Assembly: GCA_964035545.1 (NCBI GenBank)
Contig: OZ037770.1
Coordinates: 8,686,973-8,750,972 of the forward strand
Origin: Bugula neritina
Lineage: Eukaryota > Animalia > Bryozoa
DNA length: 64,000 bases
Direction: 5' to 3'
The notes beneath the pieces are model-generated. The model was not told the DNA's origin. It worked only from the letters and a program-made list of their open reading frames with translations, and searched no databases. Shown piece after piece: positions 28,940-40,469 of the stretch (position 1 is its first letter; every line of letters begins with the position of its first letter). The position numbers and the translations under genes were made by a program.

Positions 28940-31900
28940 TTGTCTCAACTAATTTTATCTTTATGTACTTTTACTTATTACATAGTATTATAAATGAACT
29001 CGTCCTTCTACAGTCGCAAGTTGAGTTTTTTCTCAAACGCACATGCAAATAGTTATGCTCCAGCATTGCAACACACACTCATAACCTACAGTTGTAGCAG
29101 CCCGCAAAATTAAAACAGTGGTGGCAGCAAATGCCACTCAATTTAAGGAGAAAACGATTGATGAGTGATGCCTACCGAAAAGCAGTTGGAAAAGTAGTCA
29201 TCGGTTTAGAAGACAGATAGCCGCTAAAACCTGCTGAAGGCATAGATTCTGCTAAAGGTGAGCCAGCAGCCTTCGATCCTCAAAACTAATCTGATTTTTT
29301 GAGACGAGAAGTCTGAAAGGGGACTATTTAAACAAACACCGCCTAAAAATTCCCATCTTCAGTAGAGAGGAAGATGTCATGCAATGCATCCTGGCATTTA
29401 TTGGTGTAGTAGCGTCTCTCAATGGTCACCTAGAATTGCACTACTGTATTTGCGGCGGTCGCTAACAGACAAAACCGAACTCTAAACCTCAGTTGAGTGC
29501 GTCCGCCCATGAGATGGAGGATGGCTCCAGTCGTGGAACTTGCTGTCGCATGCTGAGAATGCGGTGGTCATAAACTTGTTTGCAAAAACTGCGTGCATTA
29601 CTACGCAGCAAAAGTTAAACTACCGCAGCCTCTGAGATCAACTCGCAACTGTCAGACACAGACCGTGCTTAAACTCAAGACTCGAGAAATGTTTCCTGCA
29701 GAGACCAATAACGCTAAGAAAGTTGAACTGCAACCCAATGATGGCAGCTAACTCTTGCCTGATAAAATAGCCAGCAAAACTGCTACTTTCTTGCTAGGTC
29801 TAGAGTGCACTACAAACAACTTGAGCCGTCGTCTTTTTGACACACTCAGCACACGAGATCGGGTGGATCTGAAGCCATACCAAAGGGAGCATGGCACGTT
29901 GGAAGACGGGTCATTTACTACCTTCTACGGCATTGTTGTGATGCCTGTACGAATAACAGGGAACACACGTTATTGATGCACTTACTTTTAAGTACAAAGA
30001 CGTGTTCAGTAGTTGGAACCACTACGTGGGCCTGACCATGGCTGTCCATCATAGGATTTTTCTGGCTGCGATGACAGTCCCAGTTCAGCAGCCCAACCGC
30101 AAATTGAGTCCAAGAAAGGAGAAAGAGTTGAGTCGGCAAATCTGCAATTTTCTGGACTGCAACTTAAAAGAGCCAGCTCATAGTGTGTGGAACATGCCGG
30201 TGTGCTGGTTCGCAAAGACAGGAGCTGGCGACTCTGTGTAGATTACCGGAAGGTAAATAGCAAGACCATCTAGAACTCATACTCCGTTCTCTGTATTAAT
30301 AAGTCTTTAGATGCAGTGGCCGGAAGTAAGTACTTCAACACTTTAAACTTGCTGAGTGGGTACTGGCAAGTACCTCTTAGTCCTGATGCACAGAACAAGA
30401 CCACGTTCATCAAGCCTGATGAACTCTAGAAATGGAACGTGTTATTATTTGGGCTAACTTTGCTGCGACCACTTTCCGGAAATTCACAGATTATGCCCTC
30501 TGTGGGCTACACTGGAAACCTTTGCTCATGTACTTCGTTGACATAATCGCGATCTCCCCAGAGCTGGCGACTCATGCCAGTCTGCTGTGGGAGATTTTCA
30601 AAAGGCGTCGAAGTGCCGGTCTAAAACTGAAACCCTCCAAGAGTGCCTTTGATGCAGCCAGAGATTTAGTACCTGGGCCATGTTGTTGGCTGGACAAGGT
30701 AGCTACCAACCCCAAAAAAGGTACAGGCAGTTGAAAATTGGACTACCTTTAGGATCTCATTGGAATATGGGCTTTCCTGGGGCTCATAGGGTAATATCAG
30801 CAATACGTGTCAGATTTTGCGGAGATAGTGCGGTCGTCAAATAAGCTCACCTCAAAGAAGGTCCGTTGGCAATAGACCCATGCTGAACAGCAAGCATTCG
30901 ATCGCCTCAAAGGTTGCCTAGTAGAATAACCTATCTTAAAATATGCGATTATGCTAAGAAATACATCCTCGGTACTGAGGCCAGTGATTAGAATGTTGGT
31001 GCAGTCTGTCACACGTTCAGATTAGTCATGAGGTGGTCGTTGCTTGCTACAACAAAGCTGTCTCTACTGCCAAACAGAATTACTGTACTACCTAAAAAAA
31101 GCTCCTGATAGTAATTAAGGCAGTCAAACATTTTCTAGCTGCAAACAGGTCTTGCCTCATTGATATGGCTGTGCAAGAGAGCTAAACCTTTTAGTTACTT
31201 TGCACAATGGCTCGAAATCCTGGCCTAGTTTTTTTAGATCCAACACCAACCCGAGAAGAAAGTCAGTAGTGCGGATGAGCTAAGCTGGCGTCCTGAAAAA
31301 AGATGCAAACAATGCCAGAATATTCAAAAGAGAGTTTAGAGCGGCACGCAGTTATGCTTGAAACATGGTCAGCTTTTGACCTGCGCTCCCATGGGTACGT
31401 AATATGCTTTTCATGCTAAACTCGTCGTTGCTGGGAATGTTGGTAAATTGCATAACATTCAAGAGACGCTATGCGGTGTACTAACCGACCCATACAAAGC
31501 CAAAAAAGAGCGGAGGCTACTCAATGAAAAAGAGCAGCGACAGAGATCTGCTTGTTTTCAGCTATTCTGTCACCACTGGGACTCGCTCCGGCTCAACAAG
31601 GACAGTCTGTTGACCACTACGTTGACCAATGTGGTGGTGAAACCTGAGAGCAAGAGGGTGCCATTTGCTGCAAGTTGATCTGAGGCACTTATAAGCAGGC
31701 TCATGCAGGAGTACAGCAAGTTGCCAAAAAGTTTCAACTTAAATGGTGTTGGCCAGGTATAGGACATGATGTGCGGCTCAAATAAAGACACCAATAATTA
31801 TGACCGCATCCCAGACAGCGCCGAGCAAAAACAGCTGTATGCAAAAAGGCCTTGGTATATGGTTGCTGTCAATCTAGTAGGTTCCATGCCTCTAACCCCC

Positions 31901-32640
31901 AAAAAGGATTGACTGGATTTTGGTTTTTGCAGACCAACTTCCTCGGTGGGCCAACGCCCTGGCTATCCCAGACTCCTCGATTCCAACAGTGGCCTGAGCC
32001 TTAGATCAAAACATGTTCTGCTATCTAGATTTGCCAGAGCAGATACACACAAACCAGAGTGCCAATTTCAGTTTCAGCTTATGAGTGACTTCTGTCAACT
32101 CTGGAGGTGGTGATGCTTTCCAGAGTTTGCTCCTCGATCGGATCAAGAAGAATGAGATGCCGTGCTGCTATACATAATGCATGTGTATTGCAGTGTGCCT
32201 CATGCTAGCACTTTTAAAAATCTCAAATTTCTGATGTTAGGTCTAGAGACCTGCGCTCCCGACTACCTGAACTAACATGTTCCAAGCCCCGGAAGCTCTG
32301 TACACTAGTACGTGGAGGAATAGTTAGGGAAGATGAGAAGCAGAGGCAGGTGCAGAATGAGGAATCCGGGGAGCCTCCGCTTTGTCAGGTAGGAAACTAA
32401 GTCTGAATGGCCAGTCACCGTAGGTGCCGCATACAGTTGGCTAAACTGCAGCCCAAGTTTGTGGGCTTTTACTGTGGTGTTGAGATGCAACCCAATAATG
32501 CATACAAGATAACGCATTCTGGGCAGATTTATATTCAAATTGAAGCTCACTAGAAACCATATTAGGCTAGTCCTAATAGAGAAGGTCATGTGCCCCCTGC
32601 TTAAACCAAGGAGGCAACCAGCACACAGGATAGTTAAGGG
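28940..32640 (+). mobile_element. Heavily decayed Gypsy/Ty3 LTR retrotransposon (5' LTR end, PBS, gag-pol relics)
   Basis: PBS TGGTGGCAGC at about 29119. Relics of protease (TFLLGLECTTN), RT (CVDYRK, LLSGYWQV, AGLKLKPSK), RNase H and integrase are homologous to the minus-strand element. Many stops and frameshifts. Confidence 0.85.
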
Positions 32641-33419
32641 CATCTTTACTAAGAATATCATAAATTTAGCTCACAATGTAGTCTAGGTTCTTGCTATAAT
32701 ATTGTTCTGTGGGTGGCATGCGTATTGCCTGCCTGTGTATGTTTAGCCTGATATTAGACAATGACCAATAAACAGCAAGCTCAATTAGGGCTGCATTATA
32801 TATCAACATTCCATTGTGGCTACTCTATAAAATGAATTACACACCAAGCTATTCACTAGCTTGTAGGCTAGCAGGTCTGTAATTAGTAATGGACAAGCCA
32901 ATATCTTCTCATCTCTACGCGTTCACTGAAGCACGAAGTGATGCGCAGTGCTTATTAGTAAACAAAAATTATCTCATCCTCAGCGTATAAATCACTAATT
33001 TATAGAAAATCTATAAAAGCTATTAGAGACATTACAAAAACCACACTGCAGAAATATCTCAGGATTCCAACAGTGTTTTCTTTTTTCAGATATTATGTTT
33101 TCCTGCTGAGATATTTTACTGGGACTGACATGATATTTTTTCAGCTAAAAATAGGGAAAAATGGGTAGTTTTTTTTCCGTAGCTTAGCCAAAAAATGGAA
33201 AATTAAAATTCCAAAAAACTCGCGCTGAGGAAAAAAGTTATCTACAACATAGTTTTTAAATTTTGATTCTAGCACAATTAGGTAAGATTTTATTTTACTG
33301 GGACGGAATTCTTGTATGATAACAATGCATCATCAGCATAGCAGCTAGAACTAAAAGGTTGCCCTTAACTATCCTGTGTAGCAGGAAAAAAGTTGGGTCA
33401 GGGCCCGAGTATGAGATAG

Positions 33420-34976
33420 TCATACCGAGGTCAGAGGACAGATTTAGATAACTCCACCGTTCTTCACCGCCTTCATAGGGCCCACCGCAGCACCCCCCTA
33501 CTTCAGTACTCTTGAAACTCCCAACCTATTGATGCTTGGTCAAGAGACTACGGTCCCTGACCACCTGACTTTTCACATTCCTGACCTCGATAACTCTGTA
33601 CATGATGATTGTGGGGGAATTGACGGAGCGCATGAAGACCGCATCCAAAATGCTTCAAGAGAAGCAATGGCAGGTACTGACAGAAGACTCAAATAAGCCT
33701 CCCTTATATCAGGTAGGAGACTGGGTCTGAATGGCCAAATACCACAGGCATAACGAACAAGCGGCTAAACTACAGCCTAAGTTTGTGGGGCCCTACTTGG
33801 TAGTAGAAGGTTATGCGCAATCATACGTATCAAATTGAGTGCTCAGGACAGGTGTCAATCCAGAACGAGGCTCACTTGAAACTTTATTGAGCTAGTCCTG
33901 ATGAGGTAAGTAAGGCTCTTCCGTTGCTCGAGCCCAGGAAGCAGATGACAACGCGAGGGCGGCTGCGGCACGAACCCGAGTATGAAGTAGTAGTGCTGCG
34001 GGACAGGGATCTGGTAAAAGATGAGCCACCACCTCCTCCACTCGAGGTGAGGCCACCGCTTCCAGCACCAGCCCCAAAGTCGCCGCCTCCTGTGCCTGAT
34101 TCGGGTCAGGACGTGGAAATGCCTATTTCAGAGGAGAGGTTCACTGTAAACGCCAAGGAAGAAGCCAGTAATGGCTATCTTGTCTAGGCTGCTCCACTTG
34201 TGGAACCTATGTGTCCACCCCTAGAGCCCCCGCTATCTCTGGAGAAAAGTCAGAGGTCATAGCAACCCCCTTCTTACATGCAAGATTTTGTATGCAACTG
34301 CCTACAAAACGATAGATCAACGAGTCAAGCAGTGGGCTACGTCGGAAATTGCCATGAGCAGCGTGATAGTTGTGCGCCCCAGGCCGACAAAAACTTTTTG
34401 CAAATGCGAAACGATGGATGGACTTAGTCTGCCAACGGTGCGAAGGCCATCTATGTTTTTTAGTTCCTTATATGTGTTATCTGTTTTTCTTGATATGTCT
34501 GTGTATTTCTTTTCTCTTCAAATTTCATATGTCCTTTTGATACTTTCACGCAATTTTGATATCATTAGGAAAGTGTCTTCCTGCTGGGGGGTGCAATGGC
34601 CAGCGGAAGTATACCTCCAGGATCCCCTAGTCATGCCGCATCTACAAGCGGTGACACCGTCAGTTAATACGGATGATAATACGAAGACCTTTATCGACCA
34701 ATCAGAGTCAAGCACTCGTTTATAAGCAACGCCTTTCGTTGCCCACAATCAGTCTCGAACAGTGCTAGTAACTAACAGGATAACTATATGTGACCACTCT
34801 TGTATATTCTTCTGACTCATGTATATTTTACTTTTACGCCTACATTGTTTGCCTAAATATAATTTACTCGTTTCTTGATCAACTTGTTTAGTTCCTCACA
34901 TAACCTAACAGTGTAATGCGCTAGTCAAAAGCACGCAGCAATACCAACAATCTAGTAGTGCACAAAACTACAACAA
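33420..34976 (+). mobile_element. Second decayed Gypsy fragment: integrase C-terminus, PPT and 3' LTR
   Basis: PLYQVGDWV, AAKLQPKFVGPY and a Pro-rich tail. PPT CCTGCTGGGGGG at about 34580 is followed by TGCAATGGCCAG (compare LTR start TGTAGTGGCCAG). Probable LTR end ...AACTACAACA at about 34976. It repeats integrase sequence already present at 32.2-32.6 kb, so it is a separate copy. Confidence 0.75.
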
Positions 34977-35760
34977 TATTCGACTTAGGCATAGCTTAGT
35001 GTATTGTAGATGATGCAACACTAAAGTAGCATAGCAAGTATAGGAGTTGTCCCTTTTGATGCACCATAATTTTCCACACTATGCATAAAATGTGTTCAAA
35101 GACTAGACAAAAAAAACCAAATTGAAAAATGTTTACATAAAGTGAAAAATAATAAAATATCAAAAGTTGCACAATTTGCCCTTTATTGATTATATAAACT
35201 CGCGGCACAGCACAAGGCCCAAAGATGTTCCTATTGTTATCTAAAGTCGCCACTCTAATGCCAATTATTTGTGATATAACTATAGCAGCAGCATCGGTCT
35301 AGCGAGAGAGGAAAGTATGTTTATACAGCTGCAAACCAGGGGTGGCTGAGTGAAGTAGTTAGTATTTTATACGAGTGAACTTAGACTCGCGCGTCCAAGC
35401 TAGATAACCACTACCCCAACTAGATGCTGCATTTAGCGATATCTCTTTAAACAGCGTAATACTAATAGCAATGGAAATGTGTAGATTATAATATTATTTC
35501 TAGTTAATTCGCATATTATAGTTGTTATCATACTGATACTATGGTATTTACAATTATATTAGTAACCGAATTGATAATAGAAATCACAATTTTCTATAAT
35601 ATGCATAGTCATGATGGTAATGATTGTCAACTTCGAGCGACTGGGGTTGTATTTGCTGAACTTGATAATCATAAATCATAATGATAATCAAAATCATAAT
35701 GCTATTATTATTATTATGATAATCTTTATGATTATCGAAATGATAATGAACTATAATATT

Positions 35761-36130
35761 AGTCTCTTGATGCGGGTCCTGACCAAAGAGGAATATCATC
35801 CTTCACTCTCAAAATCATATGAACACCTGATCGACCAGCCCACTGCATCAGTTACCACCAGGTCCCAGTCAAATGGCATGCCCACCACTTTCAGGACTAA
35901 CACCTCATTATTTCATGACAGCTTCCTACCCAGGACAATACGTGATATGAAAATAACATTAAATGCTGCTCACGAGAGCCTCATAAGGCCCTGTACTGGC
36001 ACCAAAGTCTTAAAACAGAACTACACTTATGTGATAAAAGTTTTAACTGCATTTAATAATTCTGTTCACCAAACGAGGCACGTCGCTTACACTAATTTAG
36101 TGGTCTAACGTGATTGCATCTTCAAGTAAG
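35761..36130 (+). mobile_element. 3' fragment of a non-LTR retrotransposon (CR1/L2-like ORF2 end)
   Basis: Encodes FRTNTSLFHDSFLPRTIRD, the typical SFFPRTIRxWN ORF2 C-terminus. Absent from the paralogous region at about 55140. Confidence 0.65.
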
Positions 36131-36209
36131 TAAAGTTAGCAGGTAATTACCTAATACTAATAGTAATAACTCACACATTGTGATTGCGCCTCCAAATACT
36201 CATTAGTAT

Positions 36210-36526
36210 TGTTACAATTTTCACAATTATAATAAGTATGGGGATTCGTGTATACTGTAGTTATCCACGTTGCATTGCTAGACACCAGACGAGTAATTAA
36301 GAGAGAAGAAGATTTATTTGACACACTAAGTACACGAGTAAAAGTAGTATAATTTGAGTAGCACACCTATATAAAACATCTATCCTAATACATGCAGCAT
36401 CACGCTCTAACTGAATTATGTTATAAAATACTGTCCGGAAGCCTTTCTGCTTTGCCGGGGGTAATCACGTGCTTAGTGGGGATTGGCTCGTGAGCACGTG
36501 GCGCTTACGCTTCACTGGCCACTACA
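36210..36526 (-). repeat. 3' LTR
   Basis: Direct repeat of 45954-46262; adjacent to the PPT. Confidence 0.95.
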
Positions 36527-36950
36527 CTGCCCCCCTCCAGCAGGGAGCCTAATTCCTGCTAAAAATGAGTGGGAGGGAAGCGTTAAAAAAGAAACACGAA
36601 TATATATATATAAAAAACACAGTACCAGAATAAAATTGTACATAAAAAAAATACCAAGATACACACAATTAATATCTTTATAATCCTATTTACAAAATAT
36701 AGTTTTTCACAGCACCGGTGGAGCACCAGGATGGGTGGAGACGGAAGAGATATATCTGGAGACGAAGGTGGTGTAGGAAGAGAGAGAGTGTGTCACACTA
36801 ATCCATGGGTGCTCAACCTTTTTTGGGAAAAAGCCGTAAAAAAATTTCAGCCACCAAAAAGGCCATTAGAAAGTTTAGTGTCAATCCACTTTCAAACCCC
36901 TTCCCTCCACATATTATTAATGAGAGACTATTTTCACATTTGAGATGCAT

Positions 36951-39014
36951 TTATTCGTTATGAAAAATAAATCCAGGAAAATAACCTGATTTGTTCAGGA
37001 CAGTAAGCATATTTTTGTACATTAATGAGAATAGTATGTTTTGATAATCTGGCTCAATGTCCGATGCCGATGTGTGAAGGAGATCAGCCAGATAGGAGTC
37101 TGTTAGCCTCGATCTAAATTTGCTTTTGGCATACCCCATTCGAGAGAATAGCTGCTCATATTGATATGTACTACCAAACATGCTGAGAAATCTGGCAGCA
37201 AAAACTCCTGATCCTTGGGTAGTAGGTTGGAGGTAGGCTTTGGTATGCTTTAAGCAGGTCTTGGGTCGGGTGCGAAGAGAGGAGCATAAACCAGATTATT
37301 TTTCAGTTGAATAACCTCAATTTGCAAGTGACGAGGTACGTTGACTTGGAGTATTGCTGAAAAAGCAGAGATGTTGTCCTTGATATTTTTGAAGTCCATG
37401 AATCTATTCTCAAACTCCCCTTTCAGTTCTGATAAAATAGTTTTATAACGAATAATAACTATAAAATTCTCTTCAAGTCCAAGACGTCCTGCCAGTGTTG
37501 GAAAGCTTTCTCGGTCAATGTGATATTTATCAAACTCCTCTATCCAAAGCTCCAACATTCCGTCAAATCCACCCACATAGTGATACAGGTCAGATATTAG
37601 CTTGTCCTTGCCCTGCAGTTTTGTATTTAGGTCATTGAGATGAGTGAGTATGTCAACAAAGAATGCAAAGTCATTCAAAAGTTCTGAATCTCTGTTTGGA
37701 GCTTGTATGCTCTTCCTATCATTTTTCCCTTTGACAACCATCGCACCTTTGCAAAGTACGGAATATCTTCATACTCTGCTTGTAATTCATCAAGAGATTG
37801 TCGAAATTGTCAATGTTTCAGACCTTTTGATTTGATGTAGTTTACGGTTTCTTTCACAACCTGAAGAATGTTGTCCATCCTGAGAGTCTTAGCTGCAAGA
37901 TTCTCCTGATGGATAATGCAATGGAATGCAAGAGGCAGAGGATTAATTTTCTCCTCTCTTATTTTGTTAAGTAGCAAGGTGGTGAAGCCATTCCTCACAC
38001 CATTCATAGATGCTGCCCCATCTGTTACAATAGCACTGAGTTTGTCGAGAGCCAAATTTTTAGTCTCTATGGTGGCCATGACTTCATTGTAAACATCTTT
38101 ACTTGTAGTAGTGCTCTTCATGCTTCGTAAAGCTAAGAGATTCTCAGTGACAATGAGATTCTTGTCTACGCCTCCAATAAATATTGACAGCTGTGCTGTG
38201 ACCATTTTATCAGTTGACTCATCAAGTGCTATGGAGTAAGCTAAAAACTCCTTCATCCTGTCTTCCAACTGAGCCTGGATATTTGCACTCAACTGCTCAG
38301 TTTGACGTGTTATTGTAGGCCAAGACAGGGAGATTTTCTAAAAAACCTGCTTAGCTTGCTCATTATCACACATAGTGTCAGCTGCAATCTCAATGCATTC
38401 CTTGATAATTTGACCATCCCTGAACGGTTTACCTGGGAAATAGAGAATGAGTCCTATAAGTATAAACTTAGTTGCATGATGAAAAATAATTGCCCCCTCC
38501 TTGGAATCAAACCCGAGACCTCTGGCTTGCAAGCAAATGTGCTAACCATTACACCACCGGGACCACTGAGTAAACTCAACACTACACATGTTTGAATTAG
38601 AATTGAATTTGCTGAGAAATATGCTGTAATGAAATGCATGTAAATTCAAAAATAAAATTTTAGCTTACAAAACTTGCCTTTTTTATTTATGAGACACGTT
38701 ATCTTTGAACCAACTAGCAGTGCTTTCTTGTGGTCATCTGTCAGCCCTCTCATCATTGATTGTTGTCTCTGACGACAACTTATCAAAGAGGCCACTTTTT
38801 CTTTCCTAAATTCTGGACTCATTTGATTATAAGTTTGGCCATGTTTTATTTCATAATGAGACGTTGCATTCGATCGTTTCATTGTTTTTACTGTGGTGTT
38901 GCATTCAAGGCAAAGCATCCTGCCTGCAGGCAGAGGTACCATCAGGAATTCTACTGCAGATACATCATTGAACTGCCTGTTCTCCTGCTCTACAGTTCTC
39001 GCTCGTTTGCTCAT
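36951..39014 (-). pseudogene. hAT transposase pseudogene (GTF2IRD2/SPIN-like)
   Basis: BED-like CLEC...HYEIKH, SIALDESTD, IVTDGAASM, HCIIHQENL and MFGSTYQYEQLFSRM. Premature stops and frameshifts; one GC-AG intron at 38433-38677. Confidence 0.9.
38492..38564 (-). mobile_element. tRNA-derived element (SINE head or tRNA pseudogene) inside the transposase intron
   Basis: GGTCCCGGTGGTGTAATGGTTAGCAC...GGGTTTGATTCC carries an A box and a degenerate B box. The acceptor and anticodon stems are mispaired. Confidence 0.65.
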
Positions 39015-39340
39015 GCTGACAGTTTGGTTGCTAATTGACTAATACTAATAGTCAGCTAATAATTAATCAAGCATAATGATGAAAAAATGGGGATTCCCCT
39101 TGTCATCACCTTCATTCAGATTTTTCAAGTTTGTCAGTCATGATTCATATAATAGTAAACTTAGAAATTCTAGATTGGTAGGATTAGCGATCTTGACTGC
39201 CTTATTAAAAAGCAAAATTCAACAAGGTTCGAAACTAAACAAAATTTTTATTTTCAACAAGAGGCCAAAAGGCCACATTTACCAGCCCAAAAGGCCGCCA
39301 AAAGTCAAAAGGCCGCAGGTTGAGAATCACTGCACTAATC

Positions 39341-40425
39341 CTTAGTGGCACATTTCAGCTGATTTATAGACTCCTGAAGGGACTTCAACTCACTAGTCGC
39401 TGCTTTTACTCTGGGAACCAACCGATGCACTTCTCTCTCTAGCTCGTTGGTCCTTACTTCGACTTCCCGCAGGTTACGGGCCAGTCGAGAGGAACTGGAG
39501 GAGGACTGACGGAGTCGATGTCTCTTCCGATCTGCTGCGGGAGTGGAAGCGGAAGGTTGTAGGCTTGTGTGTCGATGCGCTGGAGGATAACACGGGGGAG
39601 GGTTTTAGGACGACGGATCGAGTTGGTTGGAGACGGAGTAGAGAAGCCAGGAGGCTTAGTGACAGGTCTTGGTGTAATGGGTCACGGGAAGGGGAGTCCT
39701 TGCTCCAGACGGGTCAGTCGAGCGGGGTCAGTGACGAAGGGCCGGATGAGGTTGAGGAAAACAAGATAAGAACTCTCATCCACGTCGTAAGGGTGTCCAG
39801 GGAAGCAACTCATGGTTCGCTGATGTCTGAGCACATAGTTCCTGTGGTAACTATATTCACCGAATGGACAGAAGGTAATTACGAAATGCTGAGGGAGGTG
39901 GACCCGCAGCCTGCGGTGTGTTGTAAAGTGCTGCTGACACAAACGGCACTCCGTGTTATTCTTGTATCCTCTGTGTTTTTGTATCTCCGTCTCTGTGGCG
40001 GGTGTAGTCCAGCAAAACTTGGATTCTAGCTGGTACGGTAGTTTCCTAGTGGAGGGGGTGTGTGTTGTAGGCTCCGGTTTCCTGGCCATCTCCAAAGGTG
40101 GCATCTCTGGTGAGATGGAAGCGAGTGCATCGTCTACAAAAGTAAAATTATTGTCAGATGGCAAAGAATTTTTACAACATAATTCTAGTGACGATCGACT
40201 GTTACTAGTCTGAGAGTCACAACTTTTATAAGACACTCGAGAGACCAGTTGATTACGTGTAGACTGACCAAGAATGACAGTGTCTAGCTCGAGATCTAAC
40301 AGTTCGTCCGCCATTACTGCGTCCTCATCGTCATTCACAATAAATGTGGTCCCCGGTAACTCTGATTCAATCCGATGGATTAGTTCAGAATTAACTGTTT
40401 CCTGTTTCCATAAATAGGAATACAA
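39341..40425 (-). pseudogene. Gypsy accessory ORF after pol: C2H2 zinc fingers, Pro/Ser-rich linker, PxVxL, basic patch, coiled coil
   Basis: ORF 39682-40425 contains CRLCQQHFTTHRRLRVHLPQH (Cx2Cx12Hx3H). The frame continues past a single TGA to LPRVILQRID. After one frameshift it reads RKRHRLR...NLREVEVRTNELEREVHRL...LKSLQESINQL. Confidence 0.7.
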
Positions 40426-40469
40426 GACTTAGACAGGCTTACCTGTGAACTTGGTATTGATCGATATAC

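Larger units (their letters stand above)
36804..39332 (-). mobile_element. hAT DNA transposon, Buster/SPIN/Charlie group, nested in the Gypsy element
   Basis: Perfect 8-bp TSD CACTAATC (36796-36803 and 39333-39340). 16-bp imperfect TIRs CATGGGTGCTCAACCT / CAGTGATTCTCAACCT. Confidence 0.95.

Noticed and set aside
38492-38564. Functional tRNA genes (also 22440-22508, 51280-51352, 6146-6200)
   Set aside because: Acceptor, anticodon or T stems do not pair properly, or only half a tRNA is present. They are better explained as SINE heads or pseudogenes.
39682-40425. Retroviral env gene
   Set aside because: No signal peptide, furin site/fusion peptide or transmembrane anchor; it has zinc-finger features instead.
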